From a virus, in the UHGV virus genome UHGV-0151410: 31,092 nucleotides of DNA. The stretch is one strand, 5' to 3'. The position numbers and the translations under genes were made by a program. Below, piece after piece: positions 1 to 8,972 of the stretch. Position 1 is the stretch's first letter. Every line of letters starts with the position of its first letter. The notes beneath the pieces were generated by a model that searched no databases, was not told where the DNA came from, and worked only from the letters and a program-made list of their open reading frames with translations.

Positions 1-264
1 ATGGGGCGCTTTTTCTTTCACGTAATGGGGGCGCTGGCAGAAATGGAACGTGAGCTTATCGTTGAACGTACACGCGCTGGACTTGATGCAGCTCGCGCAG
101 AAGGTCGTATAGGTGGGCGTCGGCCTAAATACCAAGAAGAAACATGGCAGCAAATGCGGCGATTGCTGGAGAAGGGCATCCCCCGTAAGCAGGTTGCAAT
201 CATCTATGATGTGGCTGTTTCCACGCTTTATAAGAAGTTTCCGGCGTCATCATTTCAATCCTAA
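1..264 (+). CDS. Serine DNA invertase (Gin/Cin/Hin/Pin family), C-terminal fragment; 5' end is outside the window
   Basis: Translation GRFFFHVMGALAEMERELIVERTRAGLDAARAEGRIGGRRPKYQ...IPRKQVAIIYDVAVSTLYKKFP is the conserved C-terminal catalytic-domain end plus HTH DNA-binding domain of Gin-family invertases. ORF runs to the window edge. Confidence 0.9.
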   Translation: MGRFFFHVMGALAEMERELIVERTRAGLDAARAEGRIGGRRPKYQEETWQQMRRLLEKGIPRKQVAIIYDVAVSTLYKKFPASSFQS

Positions 265-281
265 ACCTTGGTTTAAGAGAA
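256..281. other. Left crossover site (hix/gix/cix-like, 12+2+12 bp)
   Basis: CAATCCTAAACC-TT-GGTTTAAGAGAA; half-sites resemble hix half-sites (TTATCAAAAACC / TTCTTGAAAACC) around a 2-bp core. Invertase stop codon (262..264) lies in the outer half-site. Confidence 0.7.
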
Positions 282-409
282 CTCGGTACCAGCGGTGAAA
301 AGATCCCCCTGTTGAGTACGGCTAACACATGGAGTGCACGCCAGACTTTCAACGGCGGGATCACCGGGGCACTGACAGGGAACGCCGACACCGCGACGAA
401 ATTGAAAAC
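265..409. repeat. Left arm of the ~145-bp inverted repeat bounding the invertible segment
   Basis: Reverse complement matches 7075..7219 with only a few mismatches; encodes the same peptide (LGLRELGTSGEKIPLLSTANTWSARQTFNGGITG...) as the expressed fibre gene. Confidence 0.9.
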
Positions 410-3038
410 TGCACGCACGATTGGCGGTGTGGCATTTGATGGCTCGGCCAATATCAATCTTCCAGGTGTAAATACAACAGGCAACCAGAACACCACCGGG
501 AATGCTGCTACCGCGACAAAACTTGCGACGGCAAGAAACATCAACGGTGTTAAATTTGATGGTTCAGGGGACGTTAATATCAATACGTTGGTATCACGCG
601 GGCGCGTAACGGCGTTAAGTGGCTCTACTCAGGGTACTGCTGGCATTCAAATGTACGAGGCGTACAACAATAGCTACCCGACCACGTATGGCAACGTATT
701 GCACATGAAAGGTGCGAGTGCTGCTGGTGAGGGCGAGTTGCTTATTGGCTGGAGTGGTACGAGCGGTGCACATGCGCCGGTTTTCATTCGCTCCCGAAGA
801 GATAACACTGATGCGGCATGGTCAGCGTGGGCGCAGGTATATACATCAAGGGACTCCATTCCTGGTGTGAATGCCACTGGCAATCAGAATACAACTGGCA
901 ATGCAGCAACCGCTACAAAACTACAGACGGCAAGAACTATCGGCGGAGTTAGCTTTGATGGTACTGCGAATATTAATTTACCTGGTGTTAACGTTGCGGG
1001 TAATCAGAATACATCCGGTAACGCGGCTACAGCGACCAAGTTACAAACCGCTAGAACTATAAATGGGGTGTCGTTTGACGGTTCTAAAAACATTGAGCTA
1101 ACTCCAAGGTCTATAGGCTCGATCAACTCAGCAACAATGTCTTTTAGTGGTGGTGCCGGATGGTTCAAGCTGGCAACTGTAACCATGCCACAGGCCAGTT
1201 CCGTGGTTTACATAAGCCTGATTGGTGGTGCAGGGTATAACGTTGGCTCCCCGCAGCAAGCTGGCATATCTGAGCTGGTTCTGCGTGCAGGAAATGGGAA
1301 TCCAAAAGGTATTACTGGTGCATTATGGCGACGGACCTCGGTTGGATTTACTAATTTTGCATGGGTGAATACATCCGGTGATACCTATGACATTTATGTA
1401 GAAATAGGTAATTACGCCACAGGTGTTAATATCCAGTGGGATTATACAAAGGATGCAACTGTACAAATTCATACATCACCAACTTATACAGCGAATAAAC
1501 CAACTGGTCTTACTGATGGAACGGTATATGTCATTTACAGTTCGCACATTAAACCGACCGCCACGGATGTCGGCGCATTACCAATAACCGGAGGAAATCT
1601 CAACGGCGGTTTAACGGCTACTGGTGAGATCATTTCAAAATCGGCGAATGGTCTGCGCATTGCCTACGGAAACTACGGATTCTTTATCCGAAACGATGGT
1701 TCAAGCACATACTTCATGTTGACCGATTCGGGTAACAGCCTGGGAACCTATAATAGGTTAAGGCCGCTTATCATTAACAATGCCAATGGTGCTGTTACGA
1801 TCGGTAATGGACTCAATGTTACTGGCGGCATCAATGGTAGTTTGAACGGTAATGCTGCAACTGCAACAAAACTGCAAACAGCACGCACAATAGGCGGCGT
1901 GTCATTCGATGGCTCCGCCAATATCAACCTGCCGGGTGTAAACATTGCTGGTAACCAGAACACAACCGGTAATGCAGCGACAGCGACCAAGTTGCAAACT
2001 GCTAGAACTATAAATGGGGTGTCGTTTGATGGTTCTAAAAATATTGAGCTAACGGCGGAAGATTTAAATCTTGAGCAAACTGTAGAATTAGCCGCAGGAG
2101 CATTGCAGAAAAACCAGAACGGCGCAGATATACCGGGAAAAGATACCTTCACAAAAAATATTGGTGCATGTCGCGCTTTTCACAGTGCTATTAGTACAGG
2201 GGCAGGGAACTGGACAACGGCACAATTGATTGAATGGCTGGATTCTCAAGGGGCATTCAATCACCCATACTGGATGTGCAAATGTTCATGGTCATACGGC
2301 AATAATAAAATTATTACCGATACTGGCTGTGGAACTATTCATCTTGCAGGTTGCGTTATTGAGGTTATGGGTAATAAAGGTGCCATGACCATCCGTGTAA
2401 CCACCCCGAGCACTTCCAGCGGTGGCGGAACTACTAATGCACAATTCACTTATATTAATCATGGTGATGCTTATGCTCCTGGCTGGCGACGAGACTACAA
2501 CACGAAAAACCAGCAGCCTGCATTTGCTTTAGGGAAAACAGGAAGCACTGTCGGAAATGATAAAGCTGTTGGCTGGAACTGGAATAGCGGGGTCTATCAA
2601 GCAAATATTGGTGGCGCATCGACATTAATCCTCCATTTCAATATGAGCGAGGGGAGTTGCCCTGCCGTACAGTTCCGTGTGAATTATAAGAACGGCGGTA
2701 TTTATTATCGTTCAGCGCGTGATGGTTATGGATTTGAGGCTGACTGGTCAGAGTTTTACACCACAACCCGCAAACCCTCTGCGGGGGATGTTGGTGCATA
2801 TACCAAAGCGGAAGCGGACTCCCGTTATGTACGTGATATCCGACTTGGTGGCGCATCATCATACAAACCAGCAAATAACGGTACAACATGGACGCATCAG
2901 GCTCCATCTGGTTGCGCATATACCGGGATTATCGTTCAGGATACAGGCTCAAACTCTGCCGATAATATTGGTGGTGTTTATTACAGACCAATTCAAAAAA
3001 ATATTAATGGCACATGGTATAACGTATCGAGTATTTGA
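270..3038 (+). CDS. Silent alternative tail-fibre C-terminal segment (Sv'-like); no start of its own, would be fused to the constant N-terminal part after inversion
   Basis: Frame is open from the crossover core (GLRELGTSGEKIPLLSTANTW...) to the stop at 3038. Contains three copies of the ~55-aa fibre repeat (GNQNTTGNAATATKLQTARTI(N/G)GV(S/K)FDGS). The track ORF 312..3038 starts at an internal Met. Confidence 0.85.
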   Translation, partial: GLRELGTSGEKIPLLSTANTWSARQTFNGGITGALTGNADTATKLKTARTIGGVAFDGSANINLPGVNTTGNQNTTGNAATATKLATARNINGVKFDGSGDVNINTLVSRGRVTALSGSTQGTAGIQMYEAYNNSYPTTYGNVLHMKGASAAGEGELLIGWSGTSGAHAPVFIRSRRDNTDAAWSAWAQVYTSRDSIPGVNATGNQNTTGNAATATKLQTARTIGGVSFDGTANINLPGVNVAGNQNTSGNAATATKLQTARTINGVSFDGSKNIELTPRSIGSINSATMSFSGGAGWFKLATVTMPQASSVVYISLIGGAGYNVGSPQQAGISELVLRAGNGNPKGITGALWRRTSVGFTNFAWVNTSGDTYDIYVEIGNYATGVNIQWDYTKDATVQIHTSPTYTANKPTGLTDGTVYVIYSSHIKPTATDVGALPITGGNLNGGLTATGEIISKSANGLRIAYGNYGFFIRNDGSSTYFMLTDSGNSLGTYNRLRPLIINNANGAVTIGNGLNVTGGINGSLNGNAATATKLQTARTIGGVSFDGSANINLPGVNIAGNQNTTGNAATATKLQTARTINGVSFDGSKNIELTAEDLNLEQTVELAAGALQKNQNGADIPGKDTFTKNIGACRAFHSAISTGAGNWTTAQLIEWLDSQGAFNHPYWMCKCSWSYGNNKIITDTGCGTIHLAGCVIEVMGNKGAMTIRVTTPSTSSGGGTTNAQFTYINHGDAYAPGWRRDYNTKNQQPAFALGKTGSTVGNDKAVGWNWNSGVYQANIGGASTLILHFNMSEGSCPAVQFRVNYKNGGIYYRSARDGYGFEADWSEFYTTTRKPSAGDVGAYTKAEADSRYVRDIRLGGASSYKPANNGTTWTHQAPSGCAYTGIIVQDTGSNSADNIGGVYYRPIQKNINGTWYNVSSI
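1642..2071. repeat. Internal inverted repeat, copy A (perfect 1677..2071)
   Basis: Reverse complement is identical to 5002..5396, then continues to ~5431 with a few synonymous mismatches. Both copies encode IISKSANGLRIAYGNYGFFIRNDG...FDGSKNIELTAEDLNL. Confidence 0.85.
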
Positions 3039-3574
3039 TTATGATGCATTTAAAAAACATAAAGCCAGGCAATCCAAAAACCGAAGAGCAATATCTTTTA
3101 ACTAAAAACTCAGGCGTCGTCTGGTTATGGACCGAAGATGGTAAGAACTGGTACGAGGAACAAAAGAACTTTCAGGACGACACCATAAAGATTGCATATG
3201 ATGAAAATAATGTTATATGCGACGTGCAAAAGGATGTGACTGCAATTTGCCCGGAGGGAAAAAGTGTCGTTGAGGTTCCTGATATTACAGCAAATCGCCG
3301 GGCTGATATTTCGGGTAAATGGATGTTCAAAGATGGCGTAGTGATAAAGCGAACTTATACCGAGGAAGAGCAGAGGCAACAAGCGGAAAATGAAAAGCAA
3401 AGCCTGCTACAGCTCGTCAGGGATAAAACACAGCTATGGGACTTACAGCTACGGCTGGGCATCATTTCCGACGAGAATAAACAAAAATTAACCGAGTGGA
3501 TGCTCTATGCGCAGAAAGTCGAATCTACAGACACCTCCAGCCTGCCAGTAACATTTCCCGAACAACCTGAATGA
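3035..3574 (+). CDS. Tail fibre assembly chaperone (U'-like), cognate of the silent fibre segment
   Basis: 179 aa; start overlaps the fibre-segment stop (ATGA). Paralogous to the minus-strand 3603..4133 product (shared HLKNIKxGNPKT...WLW.EDxKNWYEE...[23 protein letters not shown]). Confidence 0.85.
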   Translation: MIMMHLKNIKPGNPKTEEQYLLTKNSGVVWLWTEDGKNWYEEQKNFQDDTIKIAYDENNVICDVQKDVTAICPEGKSVVEVPDITANRRADISGKWMFKDGVVIKRTYTEEEQRQQAENEKQSLLQLVRDKTQLWDLQLRLGIISDENKQKLTEWMLYAQKVESTDTSSLPVTFPEQPE

Positions 3575-3577
3575 GAC

Positions 3578-3605
3578 AAGGCCCGATAGCGGGCCTTAAT
3601 TTTTA
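3578..3605. terminator. Bidirectional hairpin terminator between convergent chaperone genes
   Basis: AAGGCCCG-ATAG-CGGGCCTT stem-loop with T-run after it on the + strand and A-run before it (T-run on the other strand). Confidence 0.6.
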
Positions 3606-4133
3606 TTCAGGCTTTTGTGGCCATTCAGGATTTGCCGTATCCACACGGCTGACCAGAACACTGTAGCGTTCCCATGCTTCCAGTCGTGTGCGCTCCTCGT
3701 CTGTTGCCATATTCAGCCTGACAGCGCGTTCCAGCGGCTGGATGACTGATTCAGCTTCGGAAAGCAATGCGGCCTTTTGTGATTCGGCCTGTTGTTGCTG
3801 TTCGTCTGCCGTATAAATCCGTTTAACCACAGCTCCATCCTTAAACATCCACTTCCCGGAGTCATCAGCACGTCGGTTGGCTGTAATATCGGGAACCTCA
3901 ACGACGCTAAAACCTTCAGGGTTAAGCGTGGATGCATCTTTGGTGATGGCGACAATAATATTATTTTCATCGTAAACAATCTTTATTGTGTCTGGTTGAA
4001 AGTTTTTCACTTCCTCATACCAGTTTTTATCGTCTTCGGACCATAACCAGATAACATCAAAATTCTTTGTTAGCTGATATTGTTCTTTCGTTTTAGGATT
4101 TCCAGACTTAATATTTTTTAAATGCTGCATCAT
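3603..4133 (-). CDS. Tail fibre assembly chaperone (U-like), cognate of the currently expressed fibre C-terminus
   Basis: 176 aa, directly downstream of the expressed fibre gene on the minus strand; paralogue of 3035..3574. Confidence 0.85.
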   Translation of the reverse strand: MMQHLKNIKSGNPKTKEQYQLTKNFDVIWLWSEDDKNWYEEVKNFQPDTIKIVYDENNIIVAITKDASTLNPEGFSVVEVPDITANRRADDSGKWMFKDGAVVKRIYTADEQQQQAESQKAALLSEAESVIQPLERAVRLNMATDEERTRLEAWERYSVLVSRVDTANPEWPQKPE

Positions 4134-7100
4134 TTACACCTGTGCGACGTTATACCATGTGCCATTGATGTATTTTTGTATTGGCCTGAAGATGGCTTCA
4201 TCATCGCCATCTACTTCACCAATGATTCTTAATCCGGTAATTGCGTGTCCGGCTTTTTCATAACGACCACCACGCGCCATCAATTGAACAACTCGCGTAC
4301 CCAGGCGAACATCTTTTACATAGCGTGAATCAAAATTCCCCCAGTTGTTGGGCTGTATCTGACCGTTAACAGAAAATATTACCGAGTTATCTGTATTTCG
4401 CTGGCTATAGAAATGCCATCCTGCCTCATCGCCTAACTCTGCAACTACTGGACGGGTTGAAGCACCCCATAAATTAAACGTTGCATTCTTTGTGGAGGTG
4501 TTGGAGCTGGATAGCGAGAACTTTTTACTATCACCAGCCTGAATGTTTTTAAAAGCAATAGCAACTCCATTCTGAAAGCGGAATACTCGCTGACTATTAG
4601 CGTAAACATCCAGAATACCATCACCATTCTGTTTGAATCCGGTGTCATTATCACCAAGAACAATAGAGCTACCACCTAACGCATTCGTCGTACCAACTCC
4701 AAGACTGCCATTAATGACGGCATTTACCAGAATATTTAGTGCATCCCATTTCAGCGTCATCAGGTCTTTTGTTGTGGTGCTCTGGCGGCTTCTCCATTTG
4801 AAATATTCATTGCCGTTGTCGCCTGTTTCAAACCACATGTATGAATCAGTGTCACCATCGGCATCATTTTTAAATCCAATCTTTGCCCAGTCAGTATTTC
4901 GAATCCAGGCAAGGATTGAGTCGTTTTCAAAAGTAAGTCCTCCGGACAAGATATCGCCTGAACGCTGAACGGCATTATTTGCTTTATTAATAAATTCCTG
5001 TAGATTTAAATCTTCCGCCGTTAGCTCAATATTTTTAGAACCATCAAACGACACCCCATTTATAGTTCTAGCAGTTTGCAACTTGGTCGCTGTCGCTGCA
5101 TTACCGGTTGTGTTCTGGTTACCAGCAATGTTTACACCCGGCAGGTTGATATTGGCGGAGCCATCGAATGACACGCCGCCTATTGTGCGTGCTGTTTGCA
5201 GTTTTGTTGCAGTTGCAGCATTACCGTTCAAACTACCATTGATGCCGCCAGTAACATTGAGTCCATTACCGATCGTAACAGCACCATTGGCATTGTTAAT
5301 GATAAGCGGCCTTAACCTATTATAGGTTCCCAGGCTGTTACCCGAATCGGTCAACATGAAGTATGTGCTTGAACCATCGTTTCGGATAAAGAATCCATAG
5401 TTGCCATAGGCAATGCGCAGACCATTCGCCGATTTGGAAATAATCTCGCCAGCGAATTTCGCATAGGAACCAGTCCTCAAGACTAACTCTTCCTGAGCGT
5501 CAGTTGTTCCTGTACATAAGCGATAAACATTATTCTCTATTGTTTCATGCCATATGCTTGCACCTGTGCTGGAGCGGAAACGTCGCAGATACATTTTTGC
5601 ATCGTCAACAACTGACGTGAGCATGTCATGTTTATACTCACTTTGCGGCACGCCATTGCTATTGATTCCTCCCCGAAGAACAGTGCCACCCGGCATGGTA
5701 AAAATGCCATCTTCACCGAATATCCAATCACCTGAATTAGTACCATTGCCGGTTTCTTTATTCGGCGCAGCACAATTTATCCGGATGCCTGGTCGTCTGT
5801 TAGGGTTATCGACACCATCTTTAAATATGTACCCATCAGTTAGTGTTGTGCCGTCATTTTTCGTATATGTAAAGCGGATATGACGGCTTGTATGGCTACT
5901 AAAAATAAGATCGCTTTTAGTGGTAAGTAATGGAGCTGTCAGACCTCCTAATAATGTGCCTCCGGATAGAGACAGCGCGCCAATGTTCTCTGGTGTCAAC
6001 GAAATATCAGTAGTGCCATCGAAGGTTACTCCGTTGATTGTTCTGGCGGTCTGTAATTTAGTTGCTGTTGCAGCATTACCATTGAGGTTTCCAGAGCTAT
6101 AGAAACCACGACCATTGCTAAAATCAATAATTATGTCGGCAGCTATACATTCAGCTTTAGGGTTGGTAGCCCCCCATTTGTATGTGGTTTGTCCAACAAT
6201 ATAATCCGTTGTAGGGACAACAACAGAAAGCCCCTCCTCCACAAGAACGCATACTGGAAATGCTCCGCCTTCAATATAAAAAACTGAGCTAACTTCATCG
6301 TCTTTATTGCTCATCGCAATAGAATGAATCGCCCGTTCTGCATCCTGATATTGCCAGAACATCCCGTATGCGTACCGCCCTCTGTCACTCCAACCAGCAG
6401 GCATCACAAAACCATTGAATTCGCAGTTGTTCATGCGATGTGCAGCTTGGCGCGGCGCAGTGGAAATAATAACCCGAGAAGCAAGTTCACCATTGCTCGT
6501 TGCAGATCTCTTGATGACTACAGGATAGAATTTACCCTCTTCAGCTCCCGAAGGAGCATTGACTCTGGTGAATTTCATCCCTTTTTTAAGGTCTACTTCG
6601 GCTTTGCTGTAAACATCAATATTTTTTCTTGTTAACGCTGCATCAGTTGGTTCTAATGCTCGGCATTTGCTATCTCCGGTAATCAGAAAGTTACCGTCAA
6701 TGTCTAATCCGGCATATTTATTGGTGTTGGTATCAGATTGTAGATGTAACGTCAGCCATGAGCGGTTGCCACTCCTTATCTCTGAATAAATTCTGAAACG
6801 ACTCCTCTGTACCCCAGCTGAATTATTCAGATAACCACTTACAATCCCTGACGCGGCTAAATCAGCGTCTGTTGAGTTAACAAGATTGATACCCTTAAAT
6901 TGGGGGACGTCCGCAACACCTAATCCAAGATTAGTACGCCCTCCAGAGACGCTGGATGCACCTAATCCCCCATGAGTAATTGGTAAAATACCTTTTATGC
7001 CCAGAAGAGCATTTGATGAACCATCAAAGTCGATGGCGTTATCACTTTGGAGGTCAACTTGAAGCGACCTTTTGGTTTTCAATTTCGTCGCGGTGTCGGC

Positions 7101-8435
7101 GTTCCCTGTCAGCTCCCCGGTGATCCCGCCGTTGAAAGTCTGGCGCGCACTCCATGTGTTAGCTGTGCTCAACAGGGGGATCTTTTCACCGCTGGTACCG
7201 AGTTCTCTTAAACCAAGGTATTGGATAACGGCCAGTGTGCTTGTTTTAGCCAGAATATCGCGACCGACTGACGTTAAATCAGTCTGCGCTACCGTATCCT
7301 TACCAGTGAAATAAGGCAGTTTGTTTGCACCAGTCGCAAGGGCAGCGAGCGCGGTTAAAGTTGCATCCAGAGGCTGTTTGCCTGCCAGCGCATTTGTCAT
7401 TGTTGTCGCAAAGTTCGGGTCATTGCCCAGTGCTGCTGCAAGCTCATTCAGGGTATCAAGAGCTTCAGGTGATGAGCCGACCAATGCAGAGATAGCAGCT
7501 CTTACATAAGCGGTCGTAGCAATCTGCGTGTTATTCGTACCCTGTGCAGCGGTAGGCGCAGTAGGTATTCCCGTTAATGCAGGACTTGCTAAAGGCGCTT
7601 TAAGGGCCAGAGCATTGTTGATAGTTGTGCTGAAATTCGGGTCGTTATTGATCGCAGCCGCTATTTCTTTCAGCGTATCCAATGTGCCAGGTGCACCGTT
7701 GATAAGTGCCGTTATAGCTGCCTTAACAAAGGCCGCATTTGCGATCTGTGTGTTGTTTGTACCGGGTTCAGGTGTCGGCGAAGTCGGCGTACCTGACAGA
7801 TGTGGACTATCGAGCGGAGCTTTTGTATCAACCAAATCATGGAGAGTTTTGACAGCCAGAGGTGTAGCCGCTTTTCTTTCTTCTGTACTGCTTATTTCAT
7901 TAGAGAATTCGACACCAACAGCACGGTTAACCCGGTATTTAAGCACAATCATTTCTTTAGTCACAGCCGTTGCGCCGTTAGGCACGATAACTCGACATAA
8001 TTCAATTTGATTCTGCCCAATAGTATTGTCCGTACGCGCGTAAATTCTTGCAGCACTGACAGAAGATGCGCTCTCTACCTGTGTCGTTTTTACACCATGT
8101 TCAAAATTGGCTTCCAGCACAATAATGTTGGTAGCCCCAGCCTTTACCGAGACAGTCACATCTTCTATTTGCTGAACGGATATCTGAACATTATTTACAT
8201 CTACTGAAGCAGCCCCTTTACCTTCTGAGTTTTCAGAAGTTATACGGACGCTCAACCCTGTGCCGGGAACTGGTTCAAATCCACAGTAAAAGCCCGGCAA
8301 AACAATATTTTTAAGTTTTCTGTTAAGAGCCGAACTACTATAGAGTTCGAAATATTGAACATCAGCAAGCAACGGCTGTGAGACACCAGAGGATAGTGTC
8401 ATTATGTTGTTCGTTTTATCAGCACCCATAATCAA
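4134..8435 (-). CDS. Tail fibre protein (P1 S / Mu S-like): constant N-terminal part (about 7216..8435) fused to a variable C-terminal part (4134..7215)
   Basis: 1433 aa; N-terminal tandem ~65-aa repeats (GTNNTQIA...LDTL.E.AAA..NDPNF), multiple fibre repeats (GNAATATKLQTARTI.GV.FDGS); crossover site lies in frame inside the gene. Likely true start is the ATG at 8427..8429 (the track start at 8435 is TTG). Confidence 0.9.
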   Translation of the reverse strand: MIMGADKTNNIMTLSSGVSQPLLADVQYFELYSSSALNRKLKNIVLPGFYCGFEPVPGTGLSVRITSENSEGKGAASVDVNNVQISVQQIEDVTVSVKAGATNIIVLEANFEHGVKTTQVESASSVSAARIYARTDNTIGQNQIELCRVIVPNGATAVTKEMIVLKYRVNRAVGVEFSNEISSTEERKAATPLAVKTLHDLVDTKAPLDSPHLSGTPTSPTPEPGTNNTQIANAAFVKAAITALINGAPGTLDTLKEIAAAINNDPNFSTTINNALALKAPLASPALTGIPTAPTAAQGTNNTQIATTAYVRAAISALVGSSPEALDTLNELAAALGNDPNFATTMTNALAGKQPLDATLTALAALATGANKLPYFTGKDTVAQTDLTSVGRDILAKTSTLAVIQYLGLRELGTSGEKIPLLSTANTWSARQTFNGGITGELTGNADTATKLKTKRSLQVDLQSDNAIDFDGSSNALLGIKGILPITHGGLGASSVSGGRTNLGLGVADVPQFKGINLVNSTDADLAASGIVSGYLNNSAGVQRSRFRIYSEIRSGNRSWLTLHLQSDTNTNKYAGLDIDGNFLITGDSKCRALEPTDAALTRKNIDVYSKAEVDLKKGMKFTRVNAPSGAEEGKFYPVVIKRSATSNGELASRVIISTAPRQAAHRMNNCEFNGFVMPAGWSDRGRYAYGMFWQYQDAERAIHSIAMSNKDDEVSSVFYIEGGAFPVCVLVEEGLSVVVPTTDYIVGQTTYKWGATNPKAECIAADIIIDFSNGRGFYSSGNLNGNAATATKLQTARTINGVTFDGTTDISLTPENIGALSLSGGTLLGGLTAPLLTTKSDLIFSSHTSRHIRFTYTKNDGTTLTDGYIFKDGVDNPNRRPGIRINCAAPNKETGNGTNSGDWIFGEDGIFTMPGGTVLRGGINSNGVPQSEYKHDMLTSVVDDAKMYLRRFRSSTGASIWHETIENNVYRLCTGTTDAQEELVLRTGSYAKFAGEIISKSANGLRIAYGNYGFFIRNDGSSTYFMLTDSGNSLGTYNRLRPLIINNANGAVTIGNGLNVTGGINGSLNGNAATATKLQTARTIGGVSFDGSANINLPGVNIAGNQNTTGNAATATKLQTARTINGVSFDGSKNIELTAEDLNLQEFINKANNAVQRSGDILSGGLTFENDSILAWIRNTDWAKIGFKNDADGDTDSYMWFETGDNGNEYFKWRSRQSTTTKDLMTLKWDALNILVNAVINGSLGVGTTNALGGSSIVLGDNDTGFKQNGDGILDVYANSQRVFRFQNGVAIAFKNIQAGDSKKFSLSSSNTSTKNATFNLWGASTRPVVAELGDEAGWHFYSQRNTDNSVIFSVNGQIQPNNWGNFDSRYVKDVRLGTRVVQLMARGGRYEKAGHAITGLRIIGEVDGDDEAIFRPIQKYINGTWYNVAQV
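5002..5431. repeat. Internal inverted repeat, copy B (perfect 5002..5396)
   Basis: Reverse complement of 1642..2071. Confidence 0.85.
7075..7219. repeat. Right arm of the ~145-bp inverted repeat
   Basis: Reverse complement of 265..409. Confidence 0.9.
7203..7228. other. Right crossover site (hix/gix/cix-like)
   Basis: TTCTCTTAAACC-AA-GGTATTGGATAA; inner half-site identical to the left site, outer half-site TTATCCAATACC is hix-like. Confidence 0.7.
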
Positions 8436-8878
8436 CCCTCAACTTGCTCGATTGTCATGAGAATACTGTAACGTTTACCTTTATAGAGGGTGTCTTGCTG
8501 GGTGCAAAGCACAGCAAAAGCCTGTTCCTCAGCATCAACAAGCACAAGCGTGTTAAAGTCGTAAGGCGTGTTATCCGGCATTCTTTCTTGAGGGAAGGCT
8601 GCATTGATAGTGATAATCCCATCCACACTGGACAATATCAGATCGGACACAGCAAACTGTTGAGCGTTTCTCAATTTAAAATCGAGTGGAATGTCCGCTA
8701 TATTCCAGCCTCCTGCACCATTAGCAGTTACCAGACTAGATTTGCACCAATACGCCTTAGAGATAACAAAACGCGCACCTTTGCCGATCGCCGACTCAGC
8801 GCGGCGTGAATAATAGTAGGAAAGCAATTGCGCCTTATACAGGCGGTTACCATCTCTTGCCTTTAAATTTTCAGCCAT
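8432..8878 (-). CDS. Small tail-fibre/baseplate-associated structural protein (position equivalent to P1 R); function inferred from context
   Basis: 148 aa ORF immediately upstream of and nearly abutting the fibre gene on the same strand. Confidence 0.55.
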   Translation of the reverse strand: MAENLKARDGNRLYKAQLLSYYYSRRAESAIGKGARFVISKAYWCKSSLVTANGAGGWNIADIPLDFKLRNAQQFAVSDLILSSVDGIITINAAFPQERMPDNTPYDFNTLVLVDAEEQAFAVLCTQQDTLYKGKRYSILMTIEQVEG

Positions 8879-8943
8879 ACGAACATAGCCCCTTCATAAG
8901 CAATGAACCAAAGGAGAGTATGCTCAGTTTGTGATTTCCGTTG

Positions 8944-8969
8944 TTCTTCCCCCGCATTTGGGGGAAGAA
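8944..8969. other. GC-rich intergenic stem-loop (10-bp stem TTCTTCCCCC/GGGGGAAGAA)
   Basis: Perfect hairpin between two minus-strand structural genes; possible attenuator or RNA stability element. Confidence 0.4.
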
Positions 8970-8972
8970 TTA

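Larger units (their letters stand above)
256..7228. other. Invertible tail-fibre (host-range switch) segment, ~6.95 kb, between two crossover sites
   Basis: Invertase gene adjacent; inverted repeats 265..409 and 7075..7219; alternative fibre C-terminal coding segments on opposite strands, each with its own chaperone gene. Confidence 0.85.

Noticed and set aside
200-583. Minus-strand 127-aa ORF spanning the left inverted repeat
   Set aside because: Antisense shadow of the + strand fibre segment; its similarity to 7072..7314 is simply the inverted repeat read in another frame.
1081-1118. Additional hix-like crossover site at CTAACTCC-AA-GGTCTATAGG inside the silent fibre segment
   Set aside because: Only about half of the half-site positions match the two bounding sites; insufficient to call a site.
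1748-2152. Minus-strand ORF (and the + strand ORF 5083..5325) with similar peptide sequences
   Set aside because: Both are wrong-strand readings of the internal inverted repeat inside the fibre coding segments.
7072-8207. Several + strand ORFs (7072..7314, 7321..7509, 7528..8010, 7800..8000, 8007..8207) inside the fibre gene
   Set aside because: They lie antisense within the 1433-aa minus-strand fibre ORF and translate its Gly/Ala/Thr-rich repeats on the wrong strand; no independent start signals.
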